In this document: one piece after another, positions 37,188-47,712 of the stretch
Layout: every line of letters starts with the position of its first letter
How positions within the stretch are numbered: the first letter of the stretch is position 1
Origin: Nanobdellota archaeon
GTDB taxonomy: Archaea > Nanobdellota > Nanobdellia > Woesearchaeales > GW2011-AR4
Length of the DNA stretch: 64,000 nt
Direction of reading: 5' to 3'
Assembly: GCA_038046385.1 (NCBI GenBank)
Contig: JBBSWH010000001.1
Coordinates: 96,001 to 160,000, forward strand
Program-made: the position numbers and the translations under genes
Notes under the pieces: generated by a model
What the model saw: only the letters and a program-made list of their open reading frames with translations
The model's database searches: none
Told to the model about the DNA's origin: nothing

Positions 37188-37706
37188 ATGATTACCAAAA
37201 ACACGCCCTTAAAAGATGTGTTGAAGCTTGCGCCAGCGTGCAAGTGCGACTTTTGCAATCATGGCTGCAAAGTCGGAAGCGGAATGCTCGCAATGGACGA
37301 TGCAAAAAAACTTGCAGAGTTCATGGGCATAAGCGAAGATGAACTGAAAAAAAATCATCTCGAAGAAGTTGAATTGTTCAACAAAAAGATGCTGCGTCCA
37401 AAGCAGCAAAGAAATGGAAAACCGTATGGACAATGCACGTTTTACGACGATGCAAAAGGATGCACCGTTCATGAAGCAAAACCATTGCAGTGCAAAATTG
37501 CAATGGGCTGCAAAGATTATGGAGAAGAATTAATGACGTGGTTCACAGTCAACTATGTTGTTGATGCAAATGACGCGGAAAGCGTGAGGCAATACGCACA
37601 GTTCATTAAAAGCGGCGGCAAGATGATACCTGGCGCAGAATTGGAAAAATTGGTGCCGGACAAAAACAAATTAAGAAAAATATTGAGCTATGAAATATTA
37701 AAATAA
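37188..37706 (+). CDS. YkgJ-family cysteine-cluster (Zn/Fe-S) protein
   Basis: CKCDFCNHGC...CTFY...CTVHEAKPLQC. Confidence 0.8.
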   Translation: MITKNTPLKDVLKLAPACKCDFCNHGCKVGSGMLAMDDAKKLAEFMGISEDELKKNHLEEVELFNKKMLRPKQQRNGKPYGQCTFYDDAKGCTVHEAKPLQCKIAMGCKDYGEELMTWFTVNYVVDANDAESVRQYAQFIKSGGKMIPGAELEKLVPDKNKLRKILSYEILK

Positions 37707-37855
37707 CGCAATGACGAAAACGCATTAACTAATAACATTTAAAAAAAATAATTCAATAAAAAAATATCCATTGATAAAAATAAATTAAAATAAGGTATAA
37801 TCAAAATCACAATAATAAAAAATTAAAAAACAAAATCACAGTGGAGGAAAACAAA

Positions 37856-39730
37856 ATGGCAGCAGAAAAAATAATTGGAATTGATTTAGGAACAAGCAAC
37901 AGCGCAGCTTCGGTTCTACAGGGCGGAAAGCCGACAATAATACCTAGCGCAGAAGGAACAACAGCATACGGGAAAGCATTCCCGAGCGTAGTCGCATTTA
38001 CAAAAGACGGGCAGGTTTTAGTCGGAGAGCCGGCAAGAAGACAAGCCGTGTCAAACCCGGAAAACACAATAATGGCCGCTAAAAGAAAAATGGGAACATC
38101 CCATAAATTCAACATAAGCGGAAAAGAATACACTGCTCAGCAGATTTCTGCATTCATACTTCAGAAAATAAAGAAAGATGCAGAAGAATTCTTAGGGGAA
38201 AAAATCAACAAAGCAGTCATCACAGTCCCTGCTTACTTTGACGACAATCAACGACAGGCAACCAAAGACGCAGGAGAAATTGCAGGATTGGAAGTTGTAA
38301 GGATAGTCAACGAGCCGACTGCAGCATCAATGGCGTATGGTTTGGATAAGCAGACACAGGACATGAAGATTTTAGTATTTGATTTAGGAGGCGGAACGCT
38401 TGACGTAACAATAATGGAGTTTGGCGGCGGAGTTTTCCAGGTATTATCGACATCCGGTGATACACAACTGGGTGGAACCGACATGGACCAGGCAATGATA
38501 GAATACCTGACTTCAGAGTTTAAAAAAACAGAAGGAATTGATTTATCCAAGGACAAGACTGCGATGCAGAGAATAAGAGAAGGCGCAGAAAAGGCAAAAA
38601 TAGAATTGTCTACAATATTTGAAACAGAGATTAATCTGCCTTTCATAACTGCAACAAACGACGGGCCAAAGCACCTGTCAATGAAGCTGACAAGGGCAAA
38701 ACTGGAACAGCTTATTGACCCAATCATAAAGAAGTGCAAGCACCCGATGGAGCAGGCAATGAAAGACGCAAAACTTTCTCCGAACCAAGTCAGCAAAATT
38801 ATACTTGTCGGAGGGCCAACAAGAATGCCTATTGTCAGAAAGTTTGTGGAAGATTTCACAGGCAAGCAGGCTGAAAGAGGCGTTGATCCAATGGAGTGTG
38901 TTGCAATGGGCGCAGCTGTACAGGCTGGAGTTCTTGCAGGCGAAGTAAAAGATATACTTTTGCTTGATGTTACACCATTAAGCCTCGGAATAGAAACACT
39001 TGGCGGAGTATTCACGAAGCTGATTGAAAGGAACACAACAGTTCCAACTAAAAAATCACAGGTGTTCAGCACAGCTGCTGACAATCAAACAGCAGTTACA
39101 ATTAGGGTTGGACAGGGCGAAAGACCTATGTTTAACGATAATAAAGTACTTGGCCAGTTTGATCTTGTAGGAGTGCCTCCTGCACCAAGGGGAATCCCTC
39201 AAATTGAGGTTGGATTTGACATTGATGCAAACGGAATACTTCATGTAAACGCAAAAGATCTCGGAACAGGAAAGGAGCAGAACATAAGAATTACTGCAGC
39301 GCAGAAATTGAGCAACGAGGAAATTGAAAGCATGAAGAAGCAGGCTGAAGAGTTTGCAGAAGTTGACAATAAGAAAAAAGAAGAGATAGAAACAATCAAC
39401 AATGCAGACACACTAGTCTACACGACTGAAAGGCTGTTCAAGGATTTAGAAGGCAAAGTTCCGGAAAAAGAAATTGCTGAAATCAAAGGCAAGATAATGG
39501 AGCTGAAAGAGCTGATGAAGCCTGCAGAAAAAGACGTTGCTTCAATCAAGAAGAAAACTGACGAAATCAACGAGCTTGTGCAGAAAATGTCAACCGAGCT
39601 TTACCAGAAAGCAGGCGCGCAGCATCAGCACGGACAGCCGGGGCAGGAAGATGCACAATCCGGCCCAAAGGATGATAATGTGGTCGATGCCGATTACGAA
39701 GTCAAGGACGACAAAAAGGGCAAGGAATAA
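37856..39730 (+). CDS. dnaK: Chaperone DnaK
   Basis: [40 protein letters not shown]; RBS GGAGG before ATG 37856. Confidence 0.99.
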   Translation: MAAEKIIGIDLGTSNSAASVLQGGKPTIIPSAEGTTAYGKAFPSVVAFTKDGQVLVGEPARRQAVSNPENTIMAAKRKMGTSHKFNISGKEYTAQQISAFILQKIKKDAEEFLGEKINKAVITVPAYFDDNQRQATKDAGEIAGLEVVRIVNEPTAASMAYGLDKQTQDMKILVFDLGGGTLDVTIMEFGGGVFQVLSTSGDTQLGGTDMDQAMIEYLTSEFKKTEGIDLSKDKTAMQRIREGAEKAKIELSTIFETEINLPFITATNDGPKHLSMKLTRAKLEQLIDPIIKKCKHPMEQAMKDAKLSPNQVSKIILVGGPTRMPIVRKFVEDFTGKQAERGVDPMECVAMGAAVQAGVLAGEVKDILLLDVTPLSLGIETLGGVFTKLIERNTTVPTKKSQVFSTAADNQTAVTIRVGQGERPMFNDNKVLGQFDLVGVPPAPRGIPQIEVGFDIDANGILHVNAKDLGTGKEQNIRITAAQKLSNEEIESMKKQAEEFAEVDNKKKEEIETINNADTLVYTTERLFKDLEGKVPEKEIAEIKGKIMELKELMKPAEKDVASIKKKTDEINELVQKMSTELYQKAGAQHQHGQPGQEDAQSGPKDDNVVDADYEVKDDKKGKE

Positions 39731-39756
39731 AAAAAGCCCTTAGTTTTATTTTTCGC

Positions 39757-40392
39757 ATGAGCAACCACCACGTTTTCGGATATGCAAGCCTTATACACGA
39801 AGGAATCAGAAATTCACTTAATCTTACCGGAAAGGCTGAAATTGTAGAGGAACTTCCGGGAGTACAGAGAGTGTGGGACCCTCAAATACCAGGCTCAAAA
39901 AGGGCAAGGCTCAATCTTAAAGCAGATAAATATGCCCATACAAATGGAGTGGTGCTGCAAGTTGATGAAGCAGAACTAAGACTTCTTGACGGATTAAACA
40001 AAGGATATGCCCGAGTGCATCTGGAAGACCACATCCACGGAAAAGACAATCACCCCACTTTTCAAAGAAGAGGCATGTCCTCAACAGTTTGGATTTATTT
40101 GCCGAATGGGAACATGAATCCAACAAATCAGGGAACAGCTGAACCCGGCAAATCTGCCGCTGCGCCAGATCCAAACCCTATTGTGCAGACCTATGTTGAT
40201 CAAGTTGTTATAGGCGCTCTTCGTTTAGGCGGGCCGCACTTCGCTTATCATTTTGTCGATGCAACAAAAGGATGGCACCATCCATGGGTTAACAACAGAA
40301 CCCAATCTATTCCAGGTGCCGGGGAAGTTGATGCCGTTTTGGAAAGAATTGTAGGAAAAGAATTCAGAAAAAGAACAAATTTAAAATCATAA
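39757..40392 (+). CDS. Gamma-glutamylcyclotransferase (GGCT/ChaC)-like protein
   Basis: N-terminal VFGYASL; NGVVLQVDEAELRLLD..GY; the usual catalytic Glu is not evident. Confidence 0.65.
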   Translation: MSNHHVFGYASLIHEGIRNSLNLTGKAEIVEELPGVQRVWDPQIPGSKRARLNLKADKYAHTNGVVLQVDEAELRLLDGLNKGYARVHLEDHIHGKDNHPTFQRRGMSSTVWIYLPNGNMNPTNQGTAEPGKSAAAPDPNPIVQTYVDQVVIGALRLGGPHFAYHFVDATKGWHHPWVNNRTQSIPGAGEVDAVLERIVGKEFRKRTNLKS

Positions 40393-40399
40393 TCTTAAA

Positions 40400-40897
40400 A
40401 TGAAACTGCCTTCAAAAGAAGAGTGCCTGAAAATACTGAAAGAAGCAGATGTTCCTGCCAATATTATTGCGCACACTTCAAAAGTCTGCGAGATTGCAGA
40501 AAAGATTTCTGACAGACTGATTAAAAAAAACATTAAAGTAAACAAAAATCTTGTTGCAGCGGCAGCAATGCTGCATGACGTAAAAAAATTAAGCAGGAAT
40601 GACCATATCATTGAAGGCTACAATTACATAAAATCGCTCGGATATCCTGAAGTTGCAGAAGTAATGAGGACACACGGGCTTGTTCATGTTGAGAACGAAG
40701 AATTCTTTCCAAAAACAGTTGAGCAAAAGATAGTTTTTTATGCTGACAAGAGAGCCAATGGCGATAAGCTCGTTTCAGTTGACGAAAGGTTTGAATATAT
40801 AATGAAAAGATACGACAGAATTAAAGAAGTAAGGCGAGAATTGGAGATAACTAAAGATATAGAAAAAGAATTATTGGGAGAAGATACGGAATTATAA
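40400..40897 (+). CDS. HD-domain protein
   Basis: [21 protein letters not shown]. Confidence 0.88.
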   Translation: MKLPSKEECLKILKEADVPANIIAHTSKVCEIAEKISDRLIKKNIKVNKNLVAAAAMLHDVKKLSRNDHIIEGYNYIKSLGYPEVAEVMRTHGLVHVENEEFFPKTVEQKIVFYADKRANGDKLVSVDERFEYIMKRYDRIKEVRRELEITKDIEKELLGEDTEL

Positions 40898-40898
40898 A

Positions 40899-42023
40899 AT
40901 GACAAAGGAAAAAGATTATTACAAAATACTCGGAGTAAGCAAGAATGCCTCAAAGGAAGAGATAAAAACAGCTTACAAGAATCTGGCAAAAAAGTATCAT
41001 CCCGATATCAACAAGGATAAGGATGTTTCTGAAAAGTTCAAGGAAATAAATGAGGCTGCCTCTGTTTTGGGAGATGACCAGAAAAAAGCGCAGTATGACC
41101 AGTACGGCTCTGCAGGAGAGCAATTCGGAGGCGCAGGGGCAGGCGGATTTTCCGGATTTGATTTTTCAGATTTCATGTCAGACGGCGAAGGGTTTGATAT
41201 GGATGACATGGTAAGCCGCTTATTTGGCGGAGGATTTGGAGGAAGAGGGAGAACAAGAAGAAAGCAGCGCGGTTCGGATTTAAGATATGACATGGAGATA
41301 GAACTGGAAGATGCTGCCTTCGGCGCAACAAAAACAATTAATATTCCAATTTCAGAGAAATGCGAAAAATGCGGCGGAACAGGCGCGGAATCAAAATCAG
41401 ATATTGTGACATGCCACGAATGCGGCGGAAAAGGCACTGCAACAAGCACACAGAGAACGCCGTTTGGGCTTTTTTCAACAACAACAACCTGCAGAAAGTG
41501 CAGGGGGCAGGGAAAATACGTCAAAAACGAATGCAAAGAATGCGGCGGAAACGGAACTGTGCGCAAAAACAGAAAACTGGAGATTAAAATTCCAGCAGGC
41601 GCAGAAACAGGAACACAATTAAGGGTGCAGGGTGCAGGCGAGGCAGGAGAAAAAGGAATATCCTCTGGGGATTTATACATCGTACTTCACGTTAAGGAGC
41701 ACGAAACATTCGAAAGGCACGGAAGCGATGTTCACATAAAAATTCCATTATCTTTTACAACAGCAGCTTTAGGCGGGGAAATTGAAGTTCTTACTCTGAG
41801 CGGAAAAGCCACTTTGAAGATTCCTGCAGGCACGCAGAGCAACACTGTCTTCAGGATGCGCGGGCAGGGAATACCGGAACTGCAAACCCACCATACCGGC
41901 GACCAGCATGTGCAGATTTATATTGTAGTTCCTGAAAAATTATCTAAAAAACAGAAAAAACTGCTTGAGGATTTTGACAAGGAAAACAAAAAGAAAGGGT
42001 TTTTAGACGATGTTTTTGGCTAA
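40899..42023 (+). CDS. dnaJ: Chaperone DnaJ
   Basis: HPD J-domain, G/F region, four CxxCxGxG. Confidence 0.98.
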   Translation: MTKEKDYYKILGVSKNASKEEIKTAYKNLAKKYHPDINKDKDVSEKFKEINEAASVLGDDQKKAQYDQYGSAGEQFGGAGAGGFSGFDFSDFMSDGEGFDMDDMVSRLFGGGFGGRGRTRRKQRGSDLRYDMEIELEDAAFGATKTINIPISEKCEKCGGTGAESKSDIVTCHECGGKGTATSTQRTPFGLFSTTTTCRKCRGQGKYVKNECKECGGNGTVRKNRKLEIKIPAGAETGTQLRVQGAGEAGEKGISSGDLYIVLHVKEHETFERHGSDVHIKIPLSFTTAALGGEIEVLTLSGKATLKIPAGTQSNTVFRMRGQGIPELQTHHTGDQHVQIYIVVPEKLSKKQKKLLEDFDKENKKKGFLDDVFG

Positions 42024-42622
42024 ATTTCTACAAAACTATAAATAAATGATTGAAGTTCTATGAAATTTTTTGAATTGGTTTCTTCTGTCGGGATTCTTGA
42101 TTCCCATTCCAGCAATCTCCTGCCCAAGTAAGGCCTTATTGGTTTAAGGTGCGGTGCTTCAAACTCTTTTAACAAGGATATAAAACATTGGGTAGTATGA
42201 CTTTCATAATTAACTATCTCTCTGGGTTTAAACCTCAATGTTGCAAATACAAATCCTAATTCCCAAAAAATAATCTGGAGCTCTGATGACTCAAGCCCAT
42301 CAATGTATAATCTAGGCTTTTCTCTGACCATTCGCATCCTAGATATGGCCAGGGCATAAATATCTTTAAAATATTTTAGCCATTTCAAGGACAATCCGTC
42401 CTTTTCAGCTTTTGGCATGTTTTCAATATGTTTCCACGTTTTTTCAAATGCACTTAAAAGTTCAGTTTTTATTTTTTCAAAATCTTTAGAGTCCTCTATG
42501 TTTAATTGTTTATTTTTTGGGTCTCTAAGAAAAGTTTCTACTACAACTTCAGCATCGTTAATATCCTCATTTGAAAATGTGAAAAACGCTTTTATTTTTT
42601 TAAAAAATCCCATAAAACACAT
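42020..42622 (-). CDS. Hypothetical protein
   Basis: 200-aa ORF; likely start MGFFKKIK. Confidence 0.6.
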   Translation of the reverse strand: MCFMGFFKKIKAFFTFSNEDINDAEVVVETFLRDPKNKQLNIEDSKDFEKIKTELLSAFEKTWKHIENMPKAEKDGLSLKWLKYFKDIYALAISRMRMVREKPRLYIDGLESSELQIIFWELGFVFATLRFKPREIVNYESHTTQCFISLLKEFEAPHLKPIRPYLGRRLLEWESRIPTEETNSKNFIELQSFIYSFVEI

Positions 42623-42634
42623 TCTAAAATTTGT

Positions 42635-43141
42635 CTATTTAAATTTATCTGAGAACAATTTTTTAATTCTTTCAATTCCTTTTAGTTTTTTTATTTGAGA
42701 GGCAATCTCTTTCGGAACAAGCTTTTCCCAGTTTTTGTTTTTTGCCATCATCTCCCTTATTTTTGTGCTGCTTATCCCTTTGATTAGTTTTATCTTTTTA
42801 ATTTTTGAATGTTTTCTGAAAATTTTCAAGACACGCTGGTTGCCGGAATAAACAGAGTCAAACTGCGGAATGTTTTTTTCTATGTATCTCAGCCATTGGG
42901 CGTTTGTTTTTGCGTCTGGAATATTGTACAATCTGAATTTTTTTATTTTATTTGATTTTAAGACTGCAAGAAGCATTTTTTTTCTTTCGCTTAACGAGAA
43001 AGGATTTTCTTTTGTGTTTTTTTCCTGCGAACTCCCGATTGCTATCAGGACTTCATCATTTTCTTTCAGTATTTTTTTAATGTCGGCAAGATGCGCATTA
43101 TGGAACGGCTGGAATCTCCCGATGAAAAGGGCGCGGCTCAT
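42635..43141 (-). CDS. nadM: Nicotinamide-nucleotide adenylyltransferase
   Basis: ALFIGRFQPFHNAH, IGSSQ..NPFS..ER, ISSTKIR, WEKLVP. Confidence 0.92.
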   Translation of the reverse strand: MSRALFIGRFQPFHNAHLADIKKILKENDEVLIAIGSSQEKNTKENPFSLSERKKMLLAVLKSNKIKKFRLYNIPDAKTNAQWLRYIEKNIPQFDSVYSGNQRVLKIFRKHSKIKKIKLIKGISSTKIREMMAKNKNWEKLVPKEIASQIKKLKGIERIKKLFSDKFK

Positions 43142-43179
43142 ATGAACAAAAAGAAAGGAGGCTGTTTATAAAGATTTGT

Positions 43180-44313
43180 TTAGTGCAGTGTTCTTATTTT
43201 CTCCCACGGAAACTGGTCATTTCCGAACCAGCCCTCTGTTGCAGTTAACAGAACTAAGTTTGGATCATTCAGCCTCAATTCGCTGACTGCATCATCCCTG
43301 TCAAGAGGAAAATTTTTTCTTACTAATTCGTCCAAGCCAATTCTATCCAATGTGCTTCCTGAAGCTTCAAAATCCAGAACCATCGGCTGGCCGCTTCCTA
43401 TTTTATATCCTAACCTAACTTCAATGTAATCTTTTACAACACCCTGAGCAACGAGGCTTTTTGCAATATGCCTTGCCAGAATTGATGCATGCACATCCAC
43501 TTTTCCAAAATCCTTTCCGAATATGCTGCCTCCGGTCTGATGCACCCTGTCTCCATATAAAAAACTGGGATCTTTCTTGCCTTTGACTCCTGTATCTATC
43601 AAAGGACTTCCGTGTTCAAACCTTTCAGCTCCGTTTATTGTAATCCTTGTTCTATTGGAATCGTAAAAATTTCCTAAAGCGGGTAAAATTACTTTTTGAG
43701 TAATATCATCCCTGAAACTGTTCAAATCAGCATCTGCATAATGCTGTGCCGCTACAACTACTTCAGCAGCATAGCTTGGCTTTCCATCTTCCAAAGCCAA
43801 AACCAAATTTAATTTGCCGTCAGGAGCCAGTCCTTTAATCTCTTTATTTCTAAATGCAGAATCTAATTTGTATGCCATCTCTTTAAGTAGCAGATATTCC
43901 AGCGGCATGAATAACGCATTTTCACTTGTAGCATACCCATGCTTAACGATTGTGTCCCCTGCGCCGCCGTTGCTTACAGAATGATCAATATCCGGAGACT
44001 GGCCTTTGAAATCAACGCGTATCTCTCTTGCTTCCGGATCGTAGCCGTTTTGGGGGGAATAGCCTGCCTGCCTAAGCAATTGTCTTGCAGTTTCAGCCAT
44101 CTCTTCCCTTGTTAAAGGCCCACTGGAACGGTTTTGTGCAGTAATAAATAATATGTCGTTAAGAGTTACATTCAAATCAAGCCTTGATTCCGAATCCCTT
44201 CTCAAAGATTCTGCAAGAATTTTCTGGGAGATGACATTGCCTAAACCGTCCGGATGGGCAAATCTTTCTCTTTGCACTGTCAATTTATCATAGTTTAGAT
44301 TATAAGTTGCCAT
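43180..44313 (-). CDS. metK: Divergent bacterial-type S-adenosylmethionine synthetase homologue
   Basis: HPD, QSPDI, GAGD, PDGK, DTGVKGKK, GKDFGKVD, FPWEK; several conserved residues changed. Confidence 0.75.
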   Translation of the reverse strand: MATYNLNYDKLTVQRERFAHPDGLGNVISQKILAESLRRDSESRLDLNVTLNDILFITAQNRSSGPLTREEMAETARQLLRQAGYSPQNGYDPEAREIRVDFKGQSPDIDHSVSNGGAGDTIVKHGYATSENALFMPLEYLLLKEMAYKLDSAFRNKEIKGLAPDGKLNLVLALEDGKPSYAAEVVVAAQHYADADLNSFRDDITQKVILPALGNFYDSNRTRITINGAERFEHGSPLIDTGVKGKKDPSFLYGDRVHQTGGSIFGKDFGKVDVHASILARHIAKSLVAQGVVKDYIEVRLGYKIGSGQPMVLDFEASGSTLDRIGLDELVRKNFPLDRDDAVSELRLNDPNLVLLTATEGWFGNDQFPWEKIRTLH

Positions 44314-44385
44314 GGAACTGTTCAGGACGATTTATTTAAATAATCTATTGAAACATTTATTCCAATTGGAATAATTTTATCACCA

Positions 44386-44745
44386 ATGTTTATTAATAAG
44401 GATAGAATTCCGTATATTATGGATTATACAAAACAAAGGGAATTGGCAGTACAGCAATTGGCAACAGCACAAATTTTCTATCAGGCGCATTTAAGATCAG
44501 AAGGGATTAAAGACCCTACAGCAGAGGTAAGATATGACGAGCATCTTGGATTTATAGGTGTTCCAGGCATCAAAAGAAAAGGAATAGGGCATCCTGAAGG
44601 CAGAGAAGGGTTATGTGATATTCTTGAACCAATAGTAATTGAAATCAACAGGGCAAATGCAGGATTGAAACCCTTAGATAAAGACCTTGTAGCACGCCTT
44701 AAACTCCATTCTCCAAACGGAACGCTTGCAAGAATAGTTGCTTGA
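44386..44745 (+). CDS. Hypothetical protein (probable start 44419)
   Basis: ORF between metK and the gcvT-glyA fusion. Confidence 0.55.
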   Translation: MFINKDRIPYIMDYTKQRELAVQQLATAQIFYQAHLRSEGIKDPTAEVRYDEHLGFIGVPGIKRKGIGHPEGREGLCDILEPIVIEINRANAGLKPLDKDLVARLKLHSPNGTLARIVA

Positions 44746-44791
44746 TTTTTCTTTTAGAAAATTTTATTTTGAAATTAAGCTTTAGAATTTT

Positions 44792-47527
44792 TTATTTAGA
44801 ATACGCTGCCTGCATCTTTTCTACCCAAGGTCTCCAGATTTCTTCGGGAACAGTAAACCTGAGGTCTGTGAAATTGCTTCTGAAGTCTATGACTTCTGAT
44901 CTTACATCTTCTCCTCTTTCCCCTCTAACAGCAAGCTTGACTGCCTCCACAGTTGCGTCTTCTTTCATTCCAAATCTTGTCATCTCCTGGAACCCCCACC
45001 TGTTTCCGCTTGCCCCCATGAAAAGTATATCGTCGAATAAAGTCGAAGAGCTTGTGATTATATTGTTCGACTCCAACCTTCTTGCAGTGCTTTTGCCTTG
45101 GTACTTATCTGTTCTTGTCAAAACTTGATGGGTATCCGGCATCCTCTTTGTCACTACATCTATTCCCTCGTTCCTAAATGCAGCCCATGCAGATCTAGCA
45201 TTATTGACAACCTGCGGAGCATATTCATGATTAAACATAGCCTCTTCGCGTGCTGCAAAAAGATGAGCAAGCTTTGCTCCAAGATGAGTGTTGCTATGAT
45301 AAACTAAATGTCTCCTCAAAACAGCCTGATAAAGAGGGTCATTAAATGGCCTATTAGAAGCAATAAATGTGCTATTTTTTGGACCAAAATTGGTTTTAGC
45401 GGTGTATCCTGCAAAATCTGCTCCGTAAGGATACTTAGACAATCCTCCAATATGTGCTCTGTCTTCAAAAAGAACTGGCCTGTCTGGATTATCTCTTCCG
45501 TATAATCTGTCAAGCATGAGCCTTATTGCTTCCGTTGGCGGCCTGAATGGTATTGCACTTCCGCCAGTTATTATTATGTCTGGTCTGACTCTTACAACCA
45601 GTTTTTCCAATCCTTCAAGATCATAATCATAAGGAGAATCTCTCCTCATTGGTATGTTATACCATTTTGGCATCCCATGTTCATCATGTTCCAGATAATC
45701 TTTTAACCCTAAAGATGCTTGTGAGCTTATGTGGCCTCCGTCGTTTAATGCCACACTTATTGCAACCAATCCCCGTGGCCTGATTCTTTTTCTATTCACA
45801 TAATCTTTGGTTCCGCCAAAAACCATATGATTGTTTATTGTACCAGAGTTTATAATCCCGATTACATTTGCTGCGCCCGTATTTGCTCTTAACTGCGCAA
45901 GAAGCAATTCTTCAACACCAGCCCCTAGACTTCCTTCAGGGGAACCCTTCATCATAAAATCTGTGCCTTGATAATACGCAAAATCTTCTCCAAGCGCCCT
46001 TACAATTGAATGTTCATTATATCTGTGGGAAGGGTCAAGAGTCATTAGTGCTCTCACAGCAGGAGAAATTGTATTTTCAGAAGCAGTAAAATTAAGCGTT
46101 TCAAATTGGCGCCATCTTGTATTTGCAACAGCGTCGTGAACAAGTGCATCTCCAAGATCACTTATTGTTCCAGGATAAACAGGAACCCTTCTCGGCTCTG
46201 CAAGAGGACCGAATGAGGGTCTTGAGTAAGGAACCCCTCCAAGTAAATTTGTATCAGTCAGTCTAGCATCCAGACCGGCGATTATTTTGTCTTTGTCTCC
46301 AACCTGGAAGATTATTTCTTTTGTCGGGTCGAATCTTATGTTAGAATCTATCAATGCCATTCCGACTGATCTTTTCATAGAACTGTCCCAGGAATCGGCT
46401 GGTTTTGAGTATACTCCTTCTCCTTCAAAATGAGAGTAAGGCGCATAAAGTCCAGTTGTAACGACACCGACTTCTTTACCTTCGTAATAAAGTTTCATTC
46501 CTGCTCTTAGCGATCTTTCACCTGATGGAACAACCAATGACCTGATCATTCTTTTAAGAACAAGGTCATCAAGTGTAACACTCTCCCCTCTCTCTATCCT
46601 CTCAAAATCTCTCCTTTGCACTTCAAGAGCTCCCCTACCTATGAATTTTCTGGTCGGGTCTGCAAGATTAACTCCGAATTTCGCTTGCGTCACTGAATGA
46701 ATCAGCAACTCATCACTTATCTCGTGTCCATAAAGCGGAAGACCTGCTTCTGTTCTTGCGCCGTCTCTGGATGCCAAGCCTGCAAACATAAGATTATATG
46801 GACGTCCTGCAGCCGCAAGGTCTTCTACGACTTTTGGAGCTTTTTTTGAATCAACTCTTATCTCCATAGCAACTACTTCCCCAGTATATCCGGTCCTGGA
46901 GATGCGCATTGCAGTGCCATCATGATAAATCGTTGAGCCGTAATTTCTTTTTGCCTTGGGAAGCCATCCACTATACCCGGGCATTGATAACAATGAGTTC
47001 ATTATTAATTCTGAATTGGGACCTTGCAATGATATCATTGCTTCATCATGAGTCTTGTTTTCTATGGTGACATCTTTAAATCTGTCCTGACTTATTTTTA
47101 GGACCCTGTTTATCCATTTCCAGTCTTTTTCCCTGTTTCCTGCATTGACAACGAGGGTGTATTCATCTTTACCATCAGCAAAAAGGATTGTGTCATCAAT
47201 TGCACGTCCTTTAGAGTTTGACAAAAAGCCATAAACAGCTTGCGGACCGATCATCCCTTCATGGTCAAGGACATTTGCATCGCTTGTCAAAAGATATCTC
47301 AAGAATTCTTTTGCATCTTTGCCAGTAAACCTGTACCTACCCATATGGCTTACGTCGAAAAGTGCAGCAGTTTTTCTTACTGCAACCCCTTCCTGAAAAG
47401 CATGAGAAAACTGAACCGGCATCTCAGTGCCGCCAAAATCTTTTAATGACAATCTTCCCGGTTCTGCATACTTAGAGTAATAGGGATGCAACACAGTCTT
47501 CTCTAACCCGCTACCTTGTTCACTCAA
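44792..47527 (-). CDS. Fused glycine-cleavage T protein (aminomethyltransferase) / serine hydroxymethyltransferase
   Basis: N-half: LFDVSHMG, VVNAGN, LQGP, SRTGYTGE, ARTEAGLPLYGHE. C-half: ASEN, GGH, DRAH, TAKTNFGP, THQV, FQEMTRFGMKE. TTG start after GGTGG. Confidence 0.9.
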   Translation of the reverse strand: MSEQGSGLEKTVLHPYYSKYAEPGRLSLKDFGGTEMPVQFSHAFQEGVAVRKTAALFDVSHMGRYRFTGKDAKEFLRYLLTSDANVLDHEGMIGPQAVYGFLSNSKGRAIDDTILFADGKDEYTLVVNAGNREKDWKWINRVLKISQDRFKDVTIENKTHDEAMISLQGPNSELIMNSLLSMPGYSGWLPKAKRNYGSTIYHDGTAMRISRTGYTGEVVAMEIRVDSKKAPKVVEDLAAAGRPYNLMFAGLASRDGARTEAGLPLYGHEISDELLIHSVTQAKFGVNLADPTRKFIGRGALEVQRRDFERIERGESVTLDDLVLKRMIRSLVVPSGERSLRAGMKLYYEGKEVGVVTTGLYAPYSHFEGEGVYSKPADSWDSSMKRSVGMALIDSNIRFDPTKEIIFQVGDKDKIIAGLDARLTDTNLLGGVPYSRPSFGPLAEPRRVPVYPGTISDLGDALVHDAVANTRWRQFETLNFTASENTISPAVRALMTLDPSHRYNEHSIVRALGEDFAYYQGTDFMMKGSPEGSLGAGVEELLLAQLRANTGAANVIGIINSGTINNHMVFGGTKDYVNRKRIRPRGLVAISVALNDGGHISSQASLGLKDYLEHDEHGMPKWYNIPMRRDSPYDYDLEGLEKLVVRVRPDIIITGGSAIPFRPPTEAIRLMLDRLYGRDNPDRPVLFEDRAHIGGLSKYPYGADFAGYTAKTNFGPKNSTFIASNRPFNDPLYQAVLRRHLVYHSNTHLGAKLAHLFAAREEAMFNHEYAPQVVNNARSAWAAFRNEGIDVVTKRMPDTHQVLTRTDKYQGKSTARRLESNNIITSSSTLFDDILFMGASGNRWGFQEMTRFGMKEDATVEAVKLAVRGERGEDVRSEVIDFRSNFTDLRFTVPEEIWRPWVEKMQAAYSK

Positions 47528-47629
47528 GTTTTACCACCCTAAAGATAATACACTATTGGTAGGGGGTATGTTGATGTTTTATAAATGTTTTGGCACAAAC
47601 ATTATGAAAAAACAAGCAGATGACACAAA

Positions 47630-47680
47630 TAAAGCACCGGACATTTGACCACTGGACATGTGCGCCTAAGATTTATAAAG
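47630..47680 (+). promoter_or_regulatory. Dispersed promoter-containing repeat, copy B
   Basis: Matches 19809-19851; its TTTATAAA lies about 35 nt upstream of the Bro-N ATG. Confidence 0.7.
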
Positions 47681-47712
47681 CTTAAAGGTGTTTCTTGCTT
47701 AATAAGGCTAAA

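Noticed and set aside
38248-39084. 278-aa antisense ORF in dnaK (likewise those in dnaJ, rad50, thermosome, glpX)
   Set aside because: Typical shadow frames of conserved genes; no motifs or RBS
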